A stretch of DNA of 59,140 bases, counting the filler, from Platydemus manokwari (lineage: Eukaryota), in assembly GCA_037951405.1 (NCBI GenBank). It is 5 parts of 5 records of this genome, joined end to end, with 100 filler letters (N's around TTAATTAATTAA, not from the genome) between each part and the next. Parts side by side here need not be neighbours in the genome. Positions count along the whole stretch, not along the records: positions 42,835 to 59,140 come from JBBMOY011190321.1; 4 more parts are not named here. One strand, 5' to 3'. Both the position numbers and the translations under genes were made by a program. Within the stretch, counting starts at the first letter, position 1; the number at the start of each line of letters is the position of its first letter. The notes below the pieces were generated by a model. It was not told where the DNA came from. It saw nothing but the letters and a program-made list of their open reading frames with translations, and ran no database searches. Positions 51,431 through 59,140 of the stretch are shown one piece after another.

Positions 51431-54400
51431 AGATTGAAAGAAAGAACCGCGTTAGGAACTGATTAATCAGGAATAGCAATACTATTATTTATAGATATAA
51501 CCTTAGCTATTCTATTCAAATTATCAACTGCTAAAGTCAGATAATTGACGGGTAAACCTCAGAAATCAATCATTATAAGCATCATTCAATCGATAAAAAA
51601 TTATTGTTGATATTTTTTTCATTACCCTATCGAAATTAGATCAATACATATTTTTAACATCATCTTGAAATATTTTGAAATTCTTAATAAACAAATTAAT
51701 CTTTGTCGTGTAAAACTTTTAACAATAACAATTATTATATTAACATTTTTGTGAATATTTTTAGTATGAATATTTTCAATAAATTTATATACATATTTTT
51801 ATGGGAGAATCAGTGGTTGTAAATAATGTGATTTCATAAATACAATGTGAATATTAGAAAAAATTAATTGTATTGTCAATTAGAAGATTTTTTAATTTAT
51901 TTTCTTAATCGAAAATACAAGAAAAATAAGCCTGAGAAAATAATAAAACAATTAAATTATGAGATTAAATCATGACTGACAATTTTCCCTAATGAAACAC
52001 AGAGGGATGGGTGAGAATTTTAACCTTTATAAAATTTGAAACACATTTGACCTAATCATTAAGGTGGAAAGTCAAAAATGTAAAATGCAAAAAAACATGA
52101 TTTAAATTTCAAAGTAAACTTTATTTAAAATATAAAAATGGATTTTAAAAGTTTAACAACAGGATTAAGCATTAATATATTAAAAATGTGATCTTTTAAA
52201 TAATATTATTGAAAAACAGGACGAAATATTCGTCTAAAGATGGTTATACGCCCAGTAAAAATACCAGAACATATTTTTGTTGTAAAACTTTAACAATTAC
52301 TGATTATTTTAAGTGGGTTATACACTATTGAAAGTGTATGAATTTCTGCATTTTAATAAACAGAAGAATTTGTTCATTACTCTCAATGAGAACCTAAATA
52401 GTTGATAGGAACAAGATATAAAAGCAGAGCTTGTTAGATTCGAATAGTTTCAAACTCAACACATTAAATAAATAATATCAACTTTAATAAATAATATAAA
52501 CGACAAGTAATCAATAGAAAAGAGAATAAATAAAATAAATTTAAGCAAAAAACAATATAGAATACTTTAATTCAGTTAGAAAATGCATTTTAGGGAAAAA
52601 ATACCAAGACTTAACATCAAGCAAATCGACAAGAAAAATAAAAACTATTAGGTAAAAATCAAGAAAATCTACTTCATTGCATTATGTTTATAATGATAAA
52701 ATTTATCGTTAGTTCAACAGATTAGATCTTTTGAATTCCAGATTACATGAAGAGCATCACTACCGATCGCAAAGCAGATAATCAATAAACATATTATTAT
52801 AAATAAAGACTACCTCGAAGTTGAAACCTTTTTTGATACAGAACTATCGATTAAACCTTAAAATGTTTTTATTTATAATTAATAAATTATATTATATTAT
52901 ATTATTTTCATTACATATACAAATTAATCTCCACGTACCAACTAAGTCTCTGAAATGTCCAAAACAATTCCAACCATGAATTCACCAGAATAAATTCGAC
53001 AATTAAGTACTTATGTATATATAAACTAAATTATAAACTAATTATAAACAAATAATATTCGATAACGATTTGTGATTAGAATTTAGTTATGTGTAAAATT
53101 GTATGGTACGAAATAAATCAACGAGTAAACCCCACAAATGAAGTTTAATTTAGAAAATATTGATTATTGTAAATTTGAAATATAATACTATGAAATATTA
53201 ATTAAAATGTGAATTTAGCAACTAAACTCGATTATCAATGAGATTGAAAGTAAAATATGATAAGCATAAGTAAATGAGAGCTCATTGTTGTGTAAATATG
53301 AGAAGATTGTCAAATAAGAACATTAAATCAATAATTAACTTCCATAAACATATATTGGTAACCATATCAATAAATAATTTATTAAAATAACACTTTCTGA
53401 ATTAAATAATTTAGAAATTTTATTGCTATAAATTATTTAAAAAGCATTAATAAATTATTAAAAATAAGATATTCGATGTAGTTTTAGAAATAATTAAAAA
53501 CTTTGAGTAATATTTTTTTTGCAAAGACAGTAATTGCTAAAAATTCATAAACTTCAGCACAAACACGAATGAAATCTTTTGGTGTTATTTTCGATTATGT
53601 TAATTGAGAAATTGCACAGGATCGATGAACTCACTGGTAAAAAATTTATTTTATTTAAATAAAAATTTACAAATCACAGTTACTTATTCGGTTTGTTAAT
53701 GTCCGATTCGAAATTAATAAATGCAGAAATATGCGCATCTAAATCAAAACAGCATATACAAAACCCAAATTTTTGTTTATTGTACAACTAAAAATCTCAA
53801 AATATGAAAGAAAAATATGGAAAATAATAACTGAATAATGTGAATTTCAAAAAAATATGAACTGCAAATAACTAATATTAGAAAATTAGGAGAAGCTCAC
53901 TATTGAGAAATATGACCAAATTTAAAATACATATAATTAATTAATATTAGTGAAACATCACAAATAATATAAATAACTATATATATATAATGAGCATGTG
54001 ACTCATATTTAGGAAAGAAAAAATAATATTTGATATAAATTATTAAAAAAATAATATATGCAATCAGTTTTAGATGTAATTCAATATTTATGGCTAAAAT
54101 GTGATATTTAAAATAACATAACTCATTATTCCAATTTTAGAAACGAATTAGTAAAAATAAATCTAGATTTCAAGAATAAGTTTCTAACGTGTATCAAAGG
54201 GTCTCTAGATACATTTCCATTCCCAGCTGAAGTAATTGTGGCAAAAATTTGAATGCCTGAGAAAAAGATCAGTAGACTGCTCAATAAAGGGCTATTGGAA
54301 ATATCGAATACTCATCGAAAATATGGAATTTTCATTCAACCACTGTATTCAACCATCTTTATTAACCACTTAAGCATCTTGAACGAGACCCTCTCGCGCA

Positions 54401-55569
54401 TCAAGTGTGTTCCGATTTGCGCTATCCCGAGTACCTCTCGCCACTAATAAATATTATATTTATAATTTTATCTGGAGCGATACCTTCTCGCCCGTTTGTA
54501 TTTCATAGAGCTTAGTGCATATTTATTGTATGTATATTTATTTTTTGACCTCATTTCACAGAAAAACCCTCACATTAAGTGATTAACATATTTGAGGTAA
54601 AATTAAGATATTTAAAATAGTTTTAGAAATAATTAGGAATAATTAAATAACTATGCACTAAAAGTAATTATTAAAATTAATAGTAATGTATAACAGTGTA
54701 ATTTGAGAAATTAGTATATAAAGAATGGAAAAATACAAAAATACAGAAGGTAAAATTGCTATGAAAATATTATGGTAAAGTATTTTTAAAGTGTTACAGA
54801 ATTTTGTAATGTATTCGAACTATTGTATAGTAAGAACGAACAATATTTGTTGAGTACACACAAGCGCTACCAAAATACCAGCCAGGAGAGGATTGTGGGC
54901 TTTAAACACAATTTTGAATTAGGGACAACATTATATTTTGTAAATAATCACCTAAAACTTTTTAACATAATGTGCTTATAGTTTTTACCTAGTAGTGGAG
55001 ACAGATGATAAAATATAGCCACATTAGGGACTAAGCAGTATCAGCTTAACATATTTACTGAAAATATACACCTATACGTGAGAAAAATAAACATCTTCTT
55101 AGATAAAAGGAAAAAGAATCTGTTAATTTTAAAAAATAATCGATTTAATCGATTGAACAATAAATAATACACGTAAACATTTCAACCAGATGAAAACAAA
55201 TTGTATAATCAATTATATAATCAACAGATTTCACGACAGCTGTTATGCACAGAAAGGTCTGATTAATTCTGATTTTACTAGAAACTGATATTAACCATAT
55301 TACAGTTATCACCATTCTATAATGCAAAATAATTTTTATCATATTATTCATTGTTTGATAAATTTTCTCCGAAGGCGAACATTTATTATTCACATCAAAA
55401 TAAGGGAAAGTTCAAAGAATAGAAAATATTTGTCAGATTTCTTCCTCCATCTTTATTTTTATTAGAAACCGGTAGTATTAATCATCGTCGTTATTTCATT
55501 TAGTCATTAAATATTTAGGATGTTAGTTATTTATCATTGAATAATAGTTTATCATAGTTATGTTTTTTT

Positions 55570-55574
<5 letters not shown>

Positions 55575-55607
<33 letters not shown>
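55575..55607. repeat. (TA)n microsatellite
   Basis: Direct reading; shorter (TA)n runs also at ~6844, ~21800 and ~23445. Confidence 0.95.
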
Positions 55608-55609
<2 letters not shown>

Positions 55610-56719
55610 GGAAGTAGTTAGGTTCCTGGATAAAAGTCATGTTATGTAAAACCGTGTTGAACAAGAATAGATATCACAATGAAAACGTTTTATTCCAAAA
55701 AATGATTCAATTCAATTATAGACATTTCCAGGATAATAACTACCTTAAAATACTTATAAGCATCACAACTTATTAACTCCTGTTAACACAGCAAATCTTA
55801 ACCAATCTATACTACTACCATCAAGTGAACACAGATTTGAAGGAGTATTATCAGTAATAATTTATTGTTGATATGCAACTATTTAATAATCCTACATTAA
55901 CCTGTCGTTAATGAAATAATTGAATTAGTCAAAAATAATAGGTACAACACGACGAGAAACTTTCAACTAAATAACGTTTTTTCGATTAAATTGGAGTCGA
56001 ATTGACATACCTAATATTTCTAATCAATTTGTTAAGTTTTCTGACTCATCCAAACCCAAACTAATTGTTTTCTTTTGGACGCCCACGGGAAAAAACTGCC
56101 AATACTATTTATATAAATAAAAAATTGTATTCTAATATTTTTGTCATGTTCAGGTATTCAGCTTTAAGCTATGTTTAGTCGGATCAACACATGCGGGCAG
56201 CATCGCACAAATAATTATAGGTTATGTGTTTATATATTTGTTGGGGATACGGCTAAAACAACAGTTAATTTTATCAATTCAATCTCGATAAAACAGTAAC
56301 AATTCCATAAATCCAACCGAGACTAAAATTTATCAAAATATATATTTACTAAAATATATCAATTTTGGCTTGATCACTCAAGCAGTTATATTTGTAATAA
56401 TTTTATTGTCAAGCTTGATAATTCAAGCATTGTATTTTATTTTATTTTTAATTAAAATTGTTAATCAAGCTTTTGGATAATTTGATTGAAAAGAATAATA
56501 ATAATAATAATAACATTTACACGGTTGTAATAATAATAATCATATTAATACCTTAAAGAATTCGAAACGATAAATTTTAATATATTATATTATTTATATT
56601 ACCAAACGATCGGTGAATTTTTATCTTTTAAAATAAATGATAAATCCTTGGGGAATAGAATAAATTGTATCTAATTTTTCCAATAATGCGTGACGATTAA
56701 ATTCGTTTTTTGAATCATA

Positions 56720-57030
56720 TAAATAGGGGGTAAAACTTCATAATTTTCGCCCGATATGAAATCACTAGGAAGATTTCGTTCTTATTGCGTAAACTTCGAA
56801 ATTCCGTTACGTGAAGTCAACTGCGTTCCATATTTGCCAGGAGCGTTTATCTTCGATCAATTGTTCAAGTATATGCCAATCAACGTAAGTCCGATCATAT
56901 ACAAAAAACTGATCAATACTATTGACTTCGTGTATATCATCTATTATAGAGTTTTGTCTCACATCCTTGAAGGTGGTTTTGCTGCAAGAGCGTGCAGTTT
57001 ATTAACAGTGTAACTTATTCTGAGGCTTGA
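56720..57030 (-). mobile_element. Possible internally deleted Merlin-like transposase relic
   Basis: Minus frame SCSKTTFKDVRQNSII...RTYVDW...KRSWQIWNAV resembles the Merlin SxRxNSxF, TxVDW and QxWV motifs. Confidence 0.35.
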
Positions 57031-58077
57031 TAGAAATTGCGCATAATTGTATATTTTATTTAACCATTTGGCTATTGTAGTAATTTATAATTGGTGTTAG
57101 TTATAATTTTGGTGTCAATAAACATTTTATAAAACCCAAGCGTTTGTTGTTAATTCGATTTGAGACTGATAACTTTTAAAATCATAATAGTTTTCAATAT
57201 CCATTGATCATTGTTGCCGTTTGATATTGTCATCTTACAATATCAAAAGCGAAGCGAAGAAAGAAATAAATAGGTTCAATAGTTCATACCTATGGCTTGA
57301 TAAGAACTACGAGTGGCTTATTAAGACAACAGTGATCAACAATAAATTGGTTTTCGAGACTGTTAAGATTAATAAGAATAAAATTAGCAAGCCCCAAACG
57401 CAACAAATTAACTAAATCTTTAACCGTTCAGGTTTCAGACTTCCTGTAATTGTTATTTAATTGATAATAATTAGTTTTCGAGTTATTTTTAGAGGAAGTT
57501 GTACGATATCCAAATTTAAATAAATTTATTTCATTAAAATGTAAAAATATTTAGTTACTACAGTGAAAATCATTAAATATGAACAAAAATCCAGTACTGT
57601 AGGGCTATTATTACCAATTCAAGTAGCAAATCTAAAATTTGCTTATTAGTCTTTATGACATGGCAAACCGAAAAATGGTTAGTTTTCATGATTGATACAA
57701 AGTGTTATAATAAATGCAACATATCTTGATGACCAATAATACCCGGAATAGCTGTACAAATAGAAGTTTATTAACATGGTAATTAGATTATCAATGTCTC
57801 TCCTTGACCCACTTGTTCTTTTTGTTGATTAAGATAAGGTGTACGCTATGATATTAGGTAAACAAAGTGGTGCATTCGTGGTCATTTGCTGCAAATCCTC
57901 TCTATTAAACCAAGGAGATACAGCCTTTTCTCACTTTCTATTCATTCTCAAATGTTCTTCTATTCTGTTAGATTATTAGTTATGTTCGTGGACACTGATC
58001 AGTGAACATGTCATGTGACCACGAGATAAATGAAAATACACCTAATTGATGAGGAAATTCGTAACCGACAAGCTTAA

Positions 58078-58118
58078 ACTGCCGACGATCGTTTCTTTAT
58101 GACACTCATCAACTTAGT
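58078..58118 (-). ncRNA. Degenerate minimal (type I) hammerhead ribozyme of the PLE pLTR
   Basis: Minus strand ...GTTGATGAG-TGTCATAAA-GAAAC-GATC-GTC-GGCAGT retains UGAUGA, GAAAC, a palindromic loop 3 and the GUC site; C3 is mutated and stems I and II are eroded. Confidence 0.5.
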
Positions 58119-59040
58119 GATCTTAAAATCATGCCAAGATTACTCCATTTCTTGAACAGAGAACTATTGGTGGATGAAGCATTCTCATAATCAAGGATCT
58201 AATATATCATTGTTCTCCTTCAGTTTTCGTTGTCGGATAAAGCTCTTCAATAGAAAACTCATAGTATTTCTGCTGCTTTTCTTTCCAAAACTTATTATTG
58301 GGATAAAATTTAAACTTTTGTCAGGGAATTGAGGTGCTGTTTAAAATTGATGTTTCTTTCTTACCCTCCATTAAGCAGTGTCAATGTTTTATTTTCAAAG
58401 ATGGAACAAATTTCCAAACCATAAGTGATATGCTCGCTGACTTTGACTCTTAACTCAATGCAGTAGACTATTCGACTGCGACAACCAATTAATCTTTCGA
58501 AACATGAAGCAGAATTAAATTGTGAAAATTATATTATCACCCCAAGTAATGTATAAGGTATATATTGAACCACTATATCCCATATATAAATTCTTGCGAA
58601 CACACTGGGTTGAAAAGAGTGTCCACACCCAACCTGTTTAAATTCATAGCACACTGATCTCAATATTTTGGAGAATGATTAAAAGTTACCTTGATCCAGT
58701 TTAACTCTTAAAATAAATTTTCTGTTGAGATCTGAAGCCAAAAATTCGTCACGACAATTATTTAAATGCATTGAATCTTGGGCATCTATAAAAGACAAAT
58801 CTCTGAGGTTGCTCATGATGAACAAGAAATCAATCTCGAAAGTATCTTTTACATTCATCAAACCTATATGAGCCTTCTAAAACATCCATAGATTATTTCC
58901 AACAAATTTCCCTTGCACCAACTGCGCAAAATTTTTTCTTAATCTCTTATCTCACTTTATCATTACTGTCATGTTTTAGATTCATTGTGATGATAAGTAT
59001 TCTATACGATGACCACCCACTTGCTCTGCTGTTGATTCAC
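58078..59040 (-). mobile_element. Decayed Penelope-like retroelement (RT-GIY-YIG-hammerhead)
   Basis: Ordered motifs: NVKDTF (YVDDTF), LSFIDA (LPFLDV), FLASDLNRK (FxTSVYRK), TLFNPVCS (TLFxRAxxICS), IYLIHYLG (YxxLPYLG), QFNSASC..LIG..RVKVSEHI (GIY-YIG YIG..RVSEH), then a hammerhead-like motif at 58078-58118. Confidence 0.7.
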
Positions 59041-59066
59041 AGAGCTGCTATTGGGTCTATAACTTA

Positions 59067-59140
59067 TTAGGTTGGTGCAAAAATAATGGCCTTTTTTAAA
59101 TTGGCTTTTCATTTTTAAATATTAAATTGAAGATCTTATG
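59067..59140 (+). mobile_element. Left end of a mariner element (cecropia/Hsmar1-type TIR), truncated by the window edge
   Basis: TA (59065-59066) followed by TTAGGTTGGTGCAAAAATAATGGC, close to the Hsmar1/MADE1 TIR TTAGGTTGGTGCAAAAGTAATTGC. Confidence 0.8.

Noticed and set aside
54253-54520. ORF 54253-54447 and a TTAACC...CTCGC-rich patch as a piggyBac end
   Set aside because: No matching opposite terminus or transposase motif found.
1-59140. CRISPR arrays, tRNA, rRNA, snRNA or spliced-leader RNA genes, and prokaryotic operons
   Set aside because: No regularly spaced repeats or recognisable structural-RNA signatures found by eye; the sequence is intron-containing eukaryotic DNA. A covariance-model scan was not run.

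Overview
This is very AT-rich eukaryotic (metazoan) genomic DNA. It is most likely from a freshwater planarian (Dugesiidae), inferred from a DjY1-like Y-box gene, ~45-50 nt introns and the repeat landscape. The window consists of five contigs joined by 100-nt spacers (44 N + TTAATTAATTAA + 44 N), so adjacency across gaps is not proven. Host genes: an intronless double-RING (C3HC3D x2) protein; a 2-coding-exon Y-box/cold-shock protein immediately followed by a 3-exon sigma-like GST with an altered G-site; a multi-exon unknown gene on the minus strand containing a candidate 6-nt micro-exon; and the first coding exon of an OATP/SLCO transporter. The rest is a transposon graveyard: many decayed Penelope-like (RT + GIY-YIG) fragments with fossil minimal hammerhead ribozymes, an intact non-autonomous hAT element with 8-bp TSD, and pogo/Tigger, mariner, Merlin, piggyBac and Ty3/Gypsy relics. 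The most unusual unexplained segments are a compact, virus-like cluster of overlapping intronless ORFs interrupted only by TGA codons (6990-8089), and a ~1 kb GC-richer element with a promoter, hairpin and H-type pseudoknot (36431-37467). All TE family calls come from manual motif recognition in broken frames; no database search was run.
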